Shown here: positions 26,614 to 43,269 of the stretch, piece after piece
Layout: each line of letters opens with the position of its first letter
Numbering within the stretch: position 1 is the stretch's first letter
From: the human T2T-CHM13v2.0 reference genome, Homo sapiens
Reading direction: 5' to 3' (one strand)
Assembly: GCF_009914755.1 (NCBI RefSeq)
Contig: NC_060935.1
DNA: 64,000 nucleotides
Position numbers and translations under genes: made by a program
Notes under the pieces: generated by a model
Told to the model about the DNA's origin: nothing
Database searches by the model: none
The model's input: the letters and a program-made list of their open reading frames with translations, nothing else

Positions 26614-27441
26614 TTCTATGCAGCCTAACTAAAGGTGTAACAGGTACCAAATGCAGTTGACTATTTAAAATAAAGATTAATAAATAACACAAATCAATCC
26701 ATATACTAGACATTCTTTAAGACCATGGCATCATATTAATTAACTGTAGTGGAAACAACCACAAAATAAAGACACAACAAGTAATCTTCTCTTAATAAAA
26801 AGGCATAATTGGCTAAAATAATCTAAAAGGAAATGAAGAATAGCGGGTGTGGGAAAATAGCTCTGATCCTCCCTTGATAAATACGATGTCAATTATTTTC
26901 TTCTCTGTGTAATGTAATTTTGATAGTATAAAAATGTGGTGATGGAACTCAGGAAGATAACCCCCTGGAGAAGCACCTGAGTGATAAACTGTCAAAGGGA
27001 CAATTCTCTGTGGAAGAGAGCAGTTCTGATAACCTGGACCAGGGGATGTTAGAATGTTTACTGGCCTCAAAAGAAGACGTAATCTCTGCTTCATAAATCA
27101 GCTGGAAATGTGAGTGTCCTTCAGCCCAAACTAAGACAGGCACAAGGTGTGGACAGAAAGTGGTTGAAATCTGCTTGACCACCAAGACCCCAGTTGGCCA
27201 CCAAGAAGATTAAATTAAATCCAAAAGCTGGCTTATAACATCACATGAAGCCTGTATTTGTAGAAGGAAAATCAGCTGGTGAATATCAGTCTGGCAAACT
27301 GAACATGCGAAGAAAGGATTTGGAAGGATCAGCTCAGGATAGTCTTGAACCTAGAAAAACAGCTCTTGATGTAAGAAAAAGGTATGTTTTTTCATCTGTT
27401 TGTTGTTCTGTCTGCTTCGTTATTATTGTTGTTTGAATCTA

Positions 27442-27640
27442 GAGCTGTGCAGTTCAGGAGAACTTTCTGTGATAATGAAATGTTCCATCAACTGTCCTGT
27501 CCAGTGGGGTAACCACATATGGTTATTGGATTTTTGAACTATGGATAGGGTGATTAAGAAAGCAAATGTTTAATTTTAATTAATGTGTATTTAAATTTAT
27601 TAGTCACTCATGTCTAGTGGCTACTGCATTGGCAGCACAA
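27442..27640. mobile_element. MER3-like hAT-Charlie MITE
   Basis: AGAACTTTCTGTGATAATGAAATGTTC and TGTCTAGTGGCTACTGCATTGG; flanked by TCTAGA/TCTAAA-type target. Confidence 0.75.
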
Positions 27641-28049
27641 ATCTAAAGACTCAAAAATCAGCATAGGACCCAAGAAAGTCAGGACAATGAGTGGTTTAGG
27701 AATGAATATGGACCCAAACCAAATAGACCCTCCAAATTTCTAGAAGGTTGTAACACTCCTAATAAATCTGATGGTGATGCCAATCCAAGTCAACCTTAGT
27801 CTAAAGAGTTATAAAGCTTGGTTCTCTTAGATAAGACTAAGACAAAGAAATGTGCCACAGTGTATTGCCTTACAGACTATGAAAGATAAGCCAGTCTATG
27901 ATCAAAAGTTGAGTTATGTCTATATATGTTAACTCATCCACTAAAATTGGCACATTTATATAATTCACCCACTACATTCTGGGTGCATTTTGAGGCCATT
28001 GTAAGGTTATGGGTCTTCATGTTAGGCTTGCAATGATTTGAGTGTGTTG

Positions 28050-30300
28050 CGTTAGTCCACAGAGGGGCATCTAACTATGATGGGGAATTAAGAAAAGATT
28101 TTCCAGAAAATTAGACTGTTAACGATTTTTGAGTTGACTCTTGAAGATGAATAAGCAGCTAACAGGGTTGGGGATACTAAGGAAAGCCTTCTAGAAAGAT
28201 AACACAATTTAAGTCATGGCAAAAAGAAATACAATTGTCAACTGCATGTAGGAAATGCAAAGCAAATAGGTGTATCAGGATTATTAAATAGAGGTAGAAG
28301 TAGTAGGATATGAAAGAGGTATGAAAGGTGAGGTTGGAAAAAATTACAGGGTGTGATCATATTATATACCATACGTACTAAGAGAATGGATTTGAGTTTG
28401 CTGACAGCATGAGGAATTATGCATGGATTTAATAAGTATTATTTTAAAGAGAACACTGTGTCCAAAGAGAATTATCAGTTCTATATGTTTTGGAGGAGAT
28501 GGGGATGTATGGTGAGACAGAGCAAGTGTTGGTGGGAGAATGTTTATAGGCAGACATACTAGTTAGGAGAATATGTTTTTAAAGTTCGAACAAGAATAAT
28601 AAGGACCTAAATTAAGTCACTACTACAGAAGTTGGAAGAGAGGTGAATGATTCAAAAAATATTTAAGACAAAAATCTACCTTCCCCAATGACAACTAAGT
28701 CATACACCTAAGTGGGGGATAAATGAAAGGAAAATTCGTGGACAAATCCCAGGTTTCTGACAAGACTTGCTAAGAGAGATTGTGGTGTTGTTAAGGGAGA
28801 AAGGGGTTATAGACAAAGTAGTAAATGGGGAGGTATTGATGGGTTTATCTTGAGGGTATTGAGTCTGAGGTTCCTGCTTCAGATATTTCCATGCGTACAT
28901 CTTGAGAGAGTGGTCTTCACTGGAGATGTGGCTATAACAGTCATCATCATGAAACGGTAGTTAAAATGATGATGATAAAGATGAATTCTCAGGGAGGATG
29001 AAAGAGAACAGTGAGGAAAAAAGCTGGCACCCTACAACCCCAGTGTGTAAGGGGAGGCTTCAGGGAGAGAAATCCAGAAAGGAGACCTGAAAGAAAGGCC
29101 CCAAATGGACAGCAAACCAAGAGAGATTGTTAGGTTATAAGAAAGCAGGAGACAGAGAACAATTGAACTGCATGAAATAAAGCAGAAAAGTCTTGAATGA
29201 CACAGGTTGAAATATGTCCATTGAATTCAGTATTTAGAGATTAATGGTGACCACTACGGAAGAAGCCTTGGTGGAATTTACCTGAAGAACAGAAGGCAAG
29301 TATCTGGGGCTTAGGAGGAAAGGACACAGAAGTAGTAGTATTATTGAGGGCAGAATGATTAAAAGGAGACACACTAAATATTGAAAGATAGTTTCTCTGG
29401 AAGATGAGATAGAGCAGTGGGAAGGTGGTGAGTGAAGGCTTTTTATTTGTTATAAATTTTCATTTCTTTTCACATTATCTCAATGATATGTTTTACTTTA
29501 TTATTACAAACACACAAAAAGATAAAAATCATCACGAAGATGAAATAATTCTGGGAGCGAACATTTAACAAAGATGGGTGACTGAGAAAGAAAACAGAAG
29601 CCTTGGCTAAAGATTTCCTTGAGAATGATAGTTAAAGTCATGGAAGCCACATGACTCAGGGAAAGGAGAGAGCAGGCAGTAAGAAGGCGAAGGGAGGTAT
29701 AGATACAAGACAAAGGAGATAATTCATATAGCAATGACCCATAGTAGATGAGCAAAAGAGGATTAAAAGAACAAGCAGAAGATTTCCGCTTGTCTGCTAA
29801 GAGGCACATAATATTTAGAAACAGGGGGAAATAAATTGGATATATGTGTGTAGCTGAGAGGTATTAGAAGATCATTCTACTTGCTGAGATTGAAAAGGGT
29901 AGGATGGGGTTCAAGATAGTGAAGGTTTGGAATGGTAATCCTAAGAATGGGAAAGAGATGTGGTCAAAGATAGAAATAATTGTGCGGCCTTTTGAGGTTC
30001 AGCTGGAGCTAGAGACCACACATTAGTAGTGGCACAAATCCAGAATGTGTGACATTTTCTTCACCTGAGCTCAGTAACCTGGGTATGAAACAAAGAATTT
30101 GAGTGTCACATTGATCCACCGTGGTAAGTGTTGTGGAAAACACAAAGGTTACAAAAGAGAGAAAAGTGTGCTGAGAAAGAGATGAGATGAGCTGGGTAAG
30201 AAAAGAAACTAGCCCACGGAGATGCTGACAGATTGGGAGAAAACAGGACTAGGAATCTCTAAAGTTGAAGGCAGGTGTACTGAGAGGGAACATATGAGAC
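28050..30300 (-). mobile_element. Long, fragmented L2 body
   Basis: Purine-rich tracts with L2 motifs (TCCCAGGTTTCTGAC, TGTCCATTGAATTCAG, TTTGAGTTGACTCTTGAAGATGAATAAG); possibly interrupted by other relics. Confidence 0.55.
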
Positions 30301-30369
30301 AGTCAAAAGCAGTATCAAGTCAGAGTTAAAATCTCAAGATTTTGAATTACATTGAATTAAAATTAAATT

Positions 30370-30560
30370 CCAGTCTTGCCATGCCTAGGTGTATGACATT
30401 GAGTAAATTACTTAAATTTTATGTGACTCAGTTTTCTTATGTGTACGATGGGATAATAACATTTATCTCAGAGTGTTTTTATGAAGACTAGATACAATAA
30501 CCTATCTAAAGTACTTATCATAATTCTTGATATATGGTAAATATTCAGTAAATGATAGGA
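30370..30560 (+). mobile_element. MIR
   Basis: AAATTACTTAAA...ACTCAGTTTTCTTATGTGTACGATGGGGATAATAAC core. Confidence 0.75.
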
Positions 30561-30608
30561 AACACATATACACACAATGGAGCTTCAGATTTTAAGATAA
30601 AGAATCTT

Positions 30609-33363
<2,755 letters not shown>

Positions 33364-35300
33364 ATTCCCTGATGATGAAATGTTCAGTTTGTTGTCGTGG
33401 AATAGGAATGATGAAAGTGAAGTGGATTTTGTTCCTTGGAGATGAAGAGAACATCTCAAATCAAGGTGTTGAATTATCTCCATGTGGACACTGTTGTCTC
33501 CTGGTTAGTAATGTGACTGGAAAAAAATAAAAAGAACAGACTGCCTAGTCTCCAAATTCTTCCGTAACTACAGGTTAGTGGTTTGCAAGGAGGTCAAAGT
33601 TTATAAAAATGAGAGTAGAAAGCGTAGTAAAATTAGATTCCAAACAGAGATCTCACACCTCTTTTATTTTTCAAGGGCAAAAGATTAATCCTTGGGTTGC
33701 AGTTTTTTGTCCCGTAGTACTTATTCCCCAGAGTTTTTGTTGTTTTACAAATATAATAGCAGTTATAAAGACAATAGAGATGAAAAATCACACGATCCCA
33801 ACTTTTCGACACATCATATAGTCTATTAGATCTTGTATGTGCTAATATTTGTGGATACATGAATGAGAATGATTATATAACTAGAACATAAGAAAAATTT
33901 ATAATTTCCATCCTAACAATTATTCTACTATAATCATTTATGTGATACTATATATTCTTCATAATTTCTATTTAAAATAGCTCTTTGAATGAATATAGGA
34001 TAATTTGCTTAGCCATTCCCATGTTGCTGACCTTTACTTTTACTTTTTCTCCAATTAAAAATCATGCTGTGTAGAGAGCTTCCTTCTACTTTTGAACAAT
34101 TTCTTCATGAAAATTTTTCTTGGGTAAAATTACTGGGTCAAAAAGGCCCTTGGACATTCTAAACAGCAACAAAACAAATTTATTCCTTATTCTGGTATAG
34201 TCTTAGAATAAACTATGAGATGCTACAGGATTCAGTGAAATGGGAAAGAAGAGAAAGAGAGTTGGGCAACCAGAGATCAAAAGTGGAAACAGTGGCATTT
34301 GTTGGAGCAAAGCCATTGGTATCTCTACGCTCAGAATGAAGTCAAGGGGTGTTCCTATCTTTCACCTCTATAAATCGCCCCCAGTCTTCCACTGTCTCCC
34401 TTCCCTCATCTAACTGCTCAATATTAATCAGACACTTAGCTCTCCCCCTGTAGGACACCTAGATAGCTCTGCTCTGGACAAAGCTAAGAGGTAGGGAGCA
34501 TGCACTGAGATCAGGCAGGAATTGCGCTAGAGTGGGAAGCATTGCTATTCTCGCTTTAGAGAAGGAGACATGGGCTGAGAAGCTAAGCGCCTTACCTGTA
34601 TTTGAATAATGAAGAACTAGTGAAGCCAGGATCCAAACCTCAAAACTCATGTCTATTCTTTTGCAGTACACCCTTTTAATTGTATAATGTCGCCTGTACT
34701 TCATGCTTAGGACCAGAAAATTCCTAAGTGCCAGAAAGTTTTACAAGCTTATCTGTTGAAGAGTAGATTACATTCTTTGGTCTAAGAAGTTTAAATACCC
34801 TCCCTGCTTCACTCATACACACAAGTGCATACATCTTCCACTAGTGTAAACTTGCTATTTTATTTTTCAGTTTGAGGTGATCAAGGAATATCTGAATGTC
34901 TAATTCTATAAAGAATGTCCTGTGACTTATAAAACTTGTAACATGAAAGTCTGACCTTCTTGGAGGAACATATAGCTTGTCCTCCACAAGCCTGATGGAC
35001 TGCTCAGTTTGGGCTGTGCTCCCTTCTACAGTGTCCATGTGAGGAAGCAGCTCCCTGTGGTTCTGTAGAATCAGAGCTGTTTGTCATACTGTAGTTACTT
35101 ACGGCTCCTGGTGTTTTGAAAACACAAGACTCATCCTTTATTGAAAGTTGTTTGTTTTAAGTCTCTTCATTATTTTGCAGTTAAATCAGCTATTTTACAT
35201 TAATTAAAAACCAAACTAACCAAAGACTGTAGTAGCATGTGGTACCTTCAACCTTGTATTGAACTCTCAGAAAGGTGAGAATGTCAAGAAGGGTTACTAA

Positions 35301-35843
35301 TGAAGAGGATCAAAATATGCTAACCCAAAATATGCCACGTGGCATAGAGATGATTTTGAGCTGAAAACAATTGAGCAACAGCAGATGGAAAAAAAAGCCT
35401 CCCACCCGCTAACCCCAGCACGTTTGCGTAAAAGCAGGCTTAGACCCTTAATAACCCGAGATAACTCGACTCCTATCAGCTCAGAAATGACGCCAAGCAG
35501 AATCTATATAACAAATCTTACTGAAATAACTTGTATCTTTAATTACTTTTCCCCACATATTTATCTCCTCACAGTTTGTCACCCCAAAAAGCCTGATCCT
35601 CTTTTCCTCTGTCTTGTCACTTCCCTATACATTTATTGTTCTTTGTTAAGATGTTATAGAAGCTCAAGTCCCAAGCACCCTTTTGTCCCTTATCACTGGG
35701 TTCCTTCCCACGTGTTTGCATGCTGCCTCTGTAAATACATTTTTATGGGTTTGTCCTCTTTGTCTTTATTTTGTCCGTATAATTTGCCAGGTCCCAGGCA
35801 ATGAACCTAAGTGGGTAGAAGAAAAAGTTTTTTTCCTCCCTAA
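35301..35843 (+). mobile_element. ERV1 solo LTR (MER34/MER39-like)
   Basis: TGAAGAGGATCAAAATATGCTAACCCAAAATATGCCAC...TTTTGAGCTGAA start; GGGTAGAAGAAAAAGTTTTTTTCCTCCCT end; 4-bp flanks CTAA/CTAG. Confidence 0.8.
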
Positions 35844-36619
35844 CTAGTATTCTGGAACAAACTTTGTAAACAGCTGTGATGTCTGAAAAAGAACTACCCA
35901 CAGGCACCAATCAACCAGCTATAGCCAAGAAAAGTACTGCTGCAGATGCAGAAAATTTCATGGGTGGGACATAATACCAACCTAATAATTATCTCCTGGA
36001 AAATCCCACCAGCTGATAGCCAGATGATCAAGATGTTGTGTATTTGTGTATGTTGGGGTGGAGGCAAGGGAAGACAGTGTGTGATAAGAAGATTGAAAAG
36101 GAAAGATGAGGATAAAAATTTGTGTTCATTATATTATTTTCTGAATTCCTGAATGATGTTATCTCTCAAATGTACCAGAGCCCAAAGCTAGCTTATCATC
36201 ATTATAATCATAATTAAATATGCACTAAGTCTTAAAGTACAGTCAAAATCAATGCCTCTCTGGACCCCATCAGTGTTTTGGTACAGCTCAGTCACTTGGA
36301 CTCGTTTTTGCTTATTCAACCTATTTCGACAAACAGATTGCACTTCCACTACAGGAGTACAATCTTAAAAAAAGGCAGGTGTTATTTGATTTGTGTCTAT
36401 CTGTTTCCCCCACCCTGTGCAAAAAAGAAAAAAATATAACTTGATCAGTATTTGAATCTAACCTGTCACTTCTAAATGTGCATATTGCTTAGAAGAGTCA
36501 GAGGGTACAGAAAGAAAAGGGAGAAGCAGGTGTCGAAGGATAAATAGTCAGGAAAAGATGCTAAGAGTAGAGCTGACTTATTCTTACTACCTGCATTTTA
36601 ACTGAAGGAGTGAAACTAA

Positions 36620-36820
36620 CAATAACGTATCTGTGATGTATCTATTTATGTGCTCTTTTAATTAAGTCTGGTCCTCCCCTGCCCCTTGGCTATTGGCTCC
36701 ATGGGAATGGGAAGACCAGGCAAGCTTGGTTCACTGTTACTTTCTCAGAGCCACATCTTCCGCCTGGCATATCATAAACATACACACTCCATTAGTGTAC
36801 GTTTGTTCAATGAATGGGTT
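36620..36820 (+). mobile_element. L2 3' fragment
   Basis: GCTCCATGGGAATGGG...TTGGTTCACTG...GCCTGGCATA...GTTTGTTCAATGAATG. Confidence 0.6.
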
Positions 36821-38153
36821 TTGTATTAAATAAAACAACGTGAAAATGGGTAGAAAAAGCAGCCCAAGGTGTTAAGTTATTCTGCCCTGAGACATTCTTC
36901 AATGTTTCTTCAGACTATTTCTGTACCATCTGCACTGGTAGGAGAGAAAGGTCTGGGGAGCCCTCTCAGTATAATTTATTATATTTATGTAGCACCTATC
37001 ACCTCGCTACTCTATCTAGGTCAGTGATTCCCAAAGTCTGTTTCGTAATGTGCCAGAATATCTCTGTGGGGCCATAACTTCTTAAAATATTCTCAAAATT
37101 AATTTTCATATCATTGAATTTTTAAGAAATAAACAGAGGCCATGAAGGGGAGGCATTATGAAAGCAAGAACACAATTCTAAACTACAACATTTCCTGGGA
37201 AGTTGGCAACCAGAGATCTGTATTTATTCCAAAGTATTTATGGATTTACTTATGAGTTCAATTTCTCAACAAATATTTATTAAATGTTTACTTTGTGTCA
37301 GATGATATACCAGGTATTTGATATAACGGTATGCAGCACCGAATCCTTACTCTCAAGTTGCTTGCTTAAAGGGCAATGTGATGAAGGGACAGTATGACGT
37401 GAAGCTCAAAGTTCAAATCCAGCATCCACTGGGTGCCAGCATGGGTGACAGAGGGTGCAGTATCCTATTTGTCTTACCTTTCCTGATGTCTGTATTCCTC
37501 ATAACTGATACTACCTAAGGAAGCCTCTGCTATTTGAAACCCAGTATATCCTGAGCCTGACAGAACTTATCCTGTCTCATGCACTCACTTCCAAAGACTC
37601 TCAAATTGAGGTGAGCACTCCCAGCCAGCCTTCAATTCAGTACCTCTGTCTTCTGAGACTTTGTATATCCCATCATCAGGTACCTCTGAAACAAACTAAA
37701 CAGGCTCATTGGTAAACCAATTTCCCCACTCATATACCTGAATCTTTTCTTAGCACACCTAGGTTAAAAACCTGAAAACATTTTTGACACTTTAGGATAT
37801 TAGAAAGAACTTGATCCTGAGAATCATACAGACATGAGCTCAACGTGGTGCAGGTCTGTGCTCGTGTCCATCAAGTGGCATGACTCGACTCTTCTTCCAC
37901 AAAAGGATAGTTGTTCTAACCACTGAGAATTGTTATGAGAATTAAATGAGGCAATAAGTAAGGCTCTTTAAAAAAATGCCAAGGACTGTGAAACTATGCA
38001 ATAATCGTTCTTTAATCCATATAACTTAAGTCCTTATAATATTACAATTTCAACTCTAATCACTAAAGGCATTTGGACATTGGCATTGTTCTAAATATAT
38101 TTTCGATATTCATTCATTTAAAAAATCATATTAGGATAATTAAAAGCATTTCG

Positions 38154-38463
<310 letters not shown>

Positions 38464-38630
38464 TAAAAGCATTTTCATAATTCAAAAATGACTTCCTTTA
38501 GTAAATGGTGTGAGATAATGATGTGATTTTCTATGCTGTGAATACCCAGTCAGTGACGTAACCGCAGTCGTATCCACATGGCTACTATTCCAATGGATCA
38601 CTGCTCCGACACAAGAGTGGTCTTACTAGT

Positions 38631-39048
38631 TATTATTAAAGACTACATGTTTGTGTCTCTCCAAAATTCATATGTTGAAACCCTAAGCACCAATGAGATG
38701 GCTTTAGGAAGTGGGGCTTTTGAGAAGTGATGTGGTTTAGATAAATTCACGAAGATGGAGTTCCAGTGATGGTATTAGTCTTCTTTTAAGAAGTGAAAGA
38801 GGCTGAGAGGTCCCACCCTCAATCATGCAAGCACATAGCCAAAAGACAACTGTCTACAAGCCAGGAAGTGGCTCTTCACCAGACACCAGATCTGCTGGCA
38901 CCGTGATCTTGGAGTTCCCAGACACCAGATATGCTGGCACCATGATCTTGGAGTTCCCAGCCTCTAGAACTAGGAGAAATAAATGCCTGCTATCTAAGCC
39001 ACTCTATCTCTGGTATTTTTGGTATAGCGCTCCATGCCAACCAAGACA
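38631..39048 (+). mobile_element. MLT1A-like solo LTR with internal 39-bp tandem duplication
   Basis: CCAAAATTCATATGTTGAAACCCTAA; GAGAAATAAATG; ends CCAAGACA; TSD-like CTAGT/CTACT. Confidence 0.85.
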
Positions 39049-39079
39049 CTACTAATGCAAAAGTTGTGATGGCTCATAG

Positions 39080-39265
39080 TCATATATTTTATATACTTTT
39101 TATAATATATATTATATGTACCCTAAAACTTGAAGTATAATAAAAATATATATATATTATATACTTATACGTTATATATAATGTACAAGTATTATATATA
39201 ATGTACAAGTACTCTATATAATGTAATTATATACTCATTATATATAATGTATACATATATAATAA
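39080..39265. repeat. AT-rich (TA)n-derived low-complexity tract with 20-bp units TTATATATAATGTACAAGTA
   Basis: Directly visible. Confidence 0.85.
39117..39146 (+). mobile_element. 30-bp L1PA extreme 3' end insertion
   Basis: TGTACCCTAAAACTTGAAGTATAATAAAAA matches the young L1PA terminus; ATATATATTATA on both sides. Confidence 0.7.
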
Positions 39266-41301
39266 TTCCTTCAAAATACTGAAGTACAATTATGCTATAA
39301 CATTAAATGTTAAGACACCTAGTTCCATCCAAAACAGGTTGAGTCGGAATTCCAGGTAAATTACAATACGTCCTACTAAACATTTTCTCTAAATGTGTTC
39401 TTTGCCCACTTTTCCTTCTGCTTCCTTCTCAAATTCTTACGTATTCCCAAGATCAATGGAGTCATCTATGTGACTGATCAGATGATAGGGCCATGTTCCT
39501 AACAGGCAGGGTTCTGGTGCATGACAACGTCATGCTCGTGAATGGACTTCCTCTTTCACATTATGCTCAGGAACTGGTGAGCAGAGCCAAGGTCTTTTTC
39601 CTGGGTTCCCCCTTTCTCCCTGCTTGATAATGTTGGTTATTACTTCATTATTCAACCATACAGAAAATGGTAAATACTTGAGACTTAGGTTCAAAAGGAA
39701 GTAGACTGCACACCGCATACCAGCTCTACTAGATTAGCACTGGGATATGTTGGAAACTGGAACTGCCAGTGATAAAGAGGCATTTCCCATCCCATCCCCA
39801 ATGTCAATATTTTCACACCTCCCTCAGAAACCCTCCAGGAAGGAAGGATTATGGGAAGGACATCTGATTAGATCAGAGCAGAAGATCTTTTTGCCTGAAA
39901 ATATTTTTAGAAATTGCACAAAAGTAATTAGTAGGATCATGAAATTTTCTTTCCTAAAATACTTTTCAAAAAGAAATGACCCTTCCCATCTCCTTGATCA
40001 GATTAGAAGAATATAACTACTTCTCTTCCTGGAATCCAAAGGAAAAGCCAAACTTCTGTATTAGAATCCAGATTAAAACATGGATTAATCAAGCCTGCTG
40101 GTGTCACATTTTACACCACATTCCTCAGAACAGGGGGATGTCTTCCTGAGGTTAAATCATAATTGCTTTCCGCTGAGGTCTCCCTCCATGTTCATGTGAA
40201 AAGCAGCCTTAAAAGTTTCCCATTATATCACAGTAGCATCTACGTGACACACAGGGGCCAAAAATGTCTCTATTCATTTCTGTCTTGCCACAAACTCAGA
40301 TCGCATTCTAGCAGACAAGACAGCATTAGAAGATTGTTCTCCCAGGCAGAAAGTCTTTCCAGGACAGTGGACCTTATACATAGCATAATGCTTTGTGTCA
40401 TGCGTACCTACTCTAATCATCTCATGCTAAGTGATCCTTGGCATTTGTGTCTACCCTGGTCTAGATAGCAAAGCTTCGTTAGCCTATTCTGCCCACAGTT
40501 AGTATTCACTATGTTTTAAAATATATTATGGCTCATGCAAAGGTAGTAGACATAAACAAAGAATTTGAAGACAGAAAATACGTGCCTATGTTGCAACTCC
40601 TCGAAAGATTTTAGGCAAGCCACTGAACCACTCTGTGCCAATTCAGGGGGGACTCCTGGCCCATTTTTTATGCACTCGCTTGTCCATAAAGACAATCCAT
40701 TGACCCCAGCTGAAGTTTTTCCAGCCATCACTGTCTCCCCCTCATTACTTTTGTTTTGAAACTTTTGCCTCCCAACTTTGAACTTTTAGGACATCATTCC
40801 AGTGTCCACCTCTCTTAAACTGGTTCTTTCTAGTATTTCAACTCAGCGCTTTCCTGAGGATATGGTCTTAGCTCATTTCAAACTTTGTCTCCACCTCTAG
40901 CCATGACCCATGCTAGCCAGGCTGCTGTAAGCATTGATACAGAGAGCCAAATTGAAGGTCTCAATACTCATCTGTTCGGAAGACCCTTTTGCGTGTTATT
41001 GAGAAAAGAACAGTGTGTAGGCATTGAGCATGTGTTATGCATTGACTAAAAGTTAGCCTGCATTAGGCACTGCCACGGAGAGCCATACGTGAGACTCCAC
41101 TAGGAAATATACAGAGATGTAAGAACCCAAGACAATATATAAGCATGTGCAAAGTAATACAGTACAAAGGGAGCAAATAAATGCTGAGGGGACACCCAAA
41201 ATATAAAGTGGGGGAATGCTTCAGAGAGCCAAGGTTATAAATACTCTCTAGAGGCCACAGTGGTGAAACTAAGTTTGAATCAACATTCACGAGCAAGCTC
41301 G

Positions 41302-41411
41302 AGGAAGTGAACGAGCTCCTAAATATTCGGGATATGGCAGAGCAGGCAGCTCATCAAGGAAGTGAACGAGCTCCTAAATATTCGGGATATGGCAGAGCAG
41401 GCAGCTCATCC
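41302..41411. repeat. 55-bp tandem duplication, two copies
   Basis: 41302-41355 identical to 41357-41410. Confidence 0.97.
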
Positions 41412-41972
41412 AGGAACCACACCCCTGGGAGAAATGTCTTTCGGCAGGCTCACTGCTGCACCAGTCTTTTTCACGCTCTCACACTCACACAGCCACACAC
41501 ATCTTCTCACACACAGTAGACTTCATGGTCTGTGGCTGCATTTCAGTCACTGTCCTCCTACTTCCAGGGAGAGGAAGCTAGAGATGATTTCTTCAGAGCC
41601 ATGCTGCTTCATGCCAAGGCTTCTGAACCTGTGGTTCAGCATGCCAGCCGCTTCTTTCCAACTACCCAAAAAGAGCCGTCTCATAAGACCATGTTCCATG
41701 AAACTCACCAGCACAAGTCTTCAGTGGAGACAAACTATAGTGTACAAACGATTAAAATACTGTTAATGATGATATCAAGGTACTTGAGGCTCTATCAGGG
41801 AAACTTTGAGAATGAGACATTACCAGAAGCTCTGGAGCCTTAAGCACTTGTCAGTTGATGTTTTGAAAAATTGCATTAGCTTTATCCAGCATCCATGTAA
41901 CCTTTCTCCTCTCCCTTGCTCTGTTTCCCTGGCAACCATTTAAAAGTGCTGCAAAAGGCATTGCTGTCTTGC

Positions 41973-42020
41973 AAAAAAAAAAAAAAAAAAAGAAAGAAAG
42001 AAAGAAAGAAAGAAAGAAAA
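41973..42020. repeat. Poly-A plus (GAAA)n microsatellite
   Basis: Directly visible. Confidence 0.92.
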
Positions 42021-42729
42021 AGGACAATGGTCTTAAGCTTTCTCTCTTTCTTGAGGGTTTTTCTCCATCTTCCCAACCACTTCCCTGGCTCTTGGAGGTG
42101 GTGCAGCCTCCAGAGCTATTTCACGTTGAATGTGTGAGCGCAGTGTAATTAAGGAGGCGGGTGTCAGGCCAGGTGGAAGCAGTGTCTATGAGACCCTGGT
42201 TAGGCATTCAGGGTCAACTAAAGGGCTCCATGACTGGGATAGAGTGGCACTCAGAGCAGAAACATAGCAATAGAAGCTTTCAGAAAGGATCCTCCTGCCT
42301 CCCAGCCTCTAAGAGATGGGCCTGCATAGCGGGCAGGAACACTGGTGCCAACTGCCACTCCAAGGGAGCCACTCCTGAGATGGCAGATGAGGAAGCTCTG
42401 TCCCTGGGGACAGCTGGACAGGCCCAGCAGGGCTCTGCTCTGAGCAGCTGTGGAGGCCCAGCACCTCCAGTTTTGCCCTCCCCAAGCTCTTCACAAAGTT
42501 GTTGTTTTTTTTTTTTTTAACTAACAGAAAATTCCCTTGTCTCACCAATCCCAAATTTCCTGGCTCCAGGAAACAGACAAGGAGAAAAGTGATGTTTCAC
42601 ACTCAGGACAGAGCCACTGCTAACAACAGACAGAACTTGAGGCTTTTGTCACCATTCTTTGAACTGTTTGTAAAAGACCTCTGGTTATTTTTGTTTTTAT
42701 TTTGTTTGTTTGTTTGTTGTTTGTTTTAA

Positions 42730-42970
42730 CAAAAAGAAGGGAAAATATGGAACACCACCCTAGCCAAGTGCCATGTCACAGGACTTACACAAGCATCTCA
42801 TTTATTCTCCCACAAAGCTCTGTGAGGAGACACCACTCTCATGGGCGTTTATACCCACTCCTCCCCCCACCTCTGTGTCTCAGGGGTAAGGTGTTTGCTC
42901 AGGGTCACTCAGCATCTCAGAGCTGGTTTCTGACTCAGGTCTGTCTAATCCCACCTATTATTTCCACTGC
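42730..42970 (-). mobile_element. MIR
   Basis: ATCTCATTTATTCTCCCACAAAGCTCTGTGAGG...GTTTGCTCAGGGTCAC. Confidence 0.65.
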
Positions 42971-43269
42971 TGCCTCCCCGGCCTCACCCACGAGACAGTC
43001 AGAGGTCGGGATTAGGTCTTTCCTGCAAAATGGATTCAGACCAGCCTTTTGTAACTCACTCATCTCAGTGATACTGATCTGAAAAAGGGGGTCCTACAGA
43101 ACCTCCTCTGGCAGGTATGATTTCATAACGTAGCATCACAGAGGTGGGTTTTTGTCATTTTTGACTCCCGGGTAGGTATTAAGGACTTCCAGGTGCTTGG
43201 CACTCTGAGAACTGAAGAGAAAAGCATGAGATAAAGAGCTGTCCTTCAAGGGCAAGAGTGGCTCAAGCC

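Noticed and set aside
38554-38561. Isolated TGACGTAA (CRE-like) and scattered AP-1 heptamers
   Set aside because: Single short motifs are expected by chance in 64 kb
41302-41411. Direct repeats as a possible CRISPR-like array
   Set aside because: Only two adjacent copies with no spacer, in a eukaryotic context
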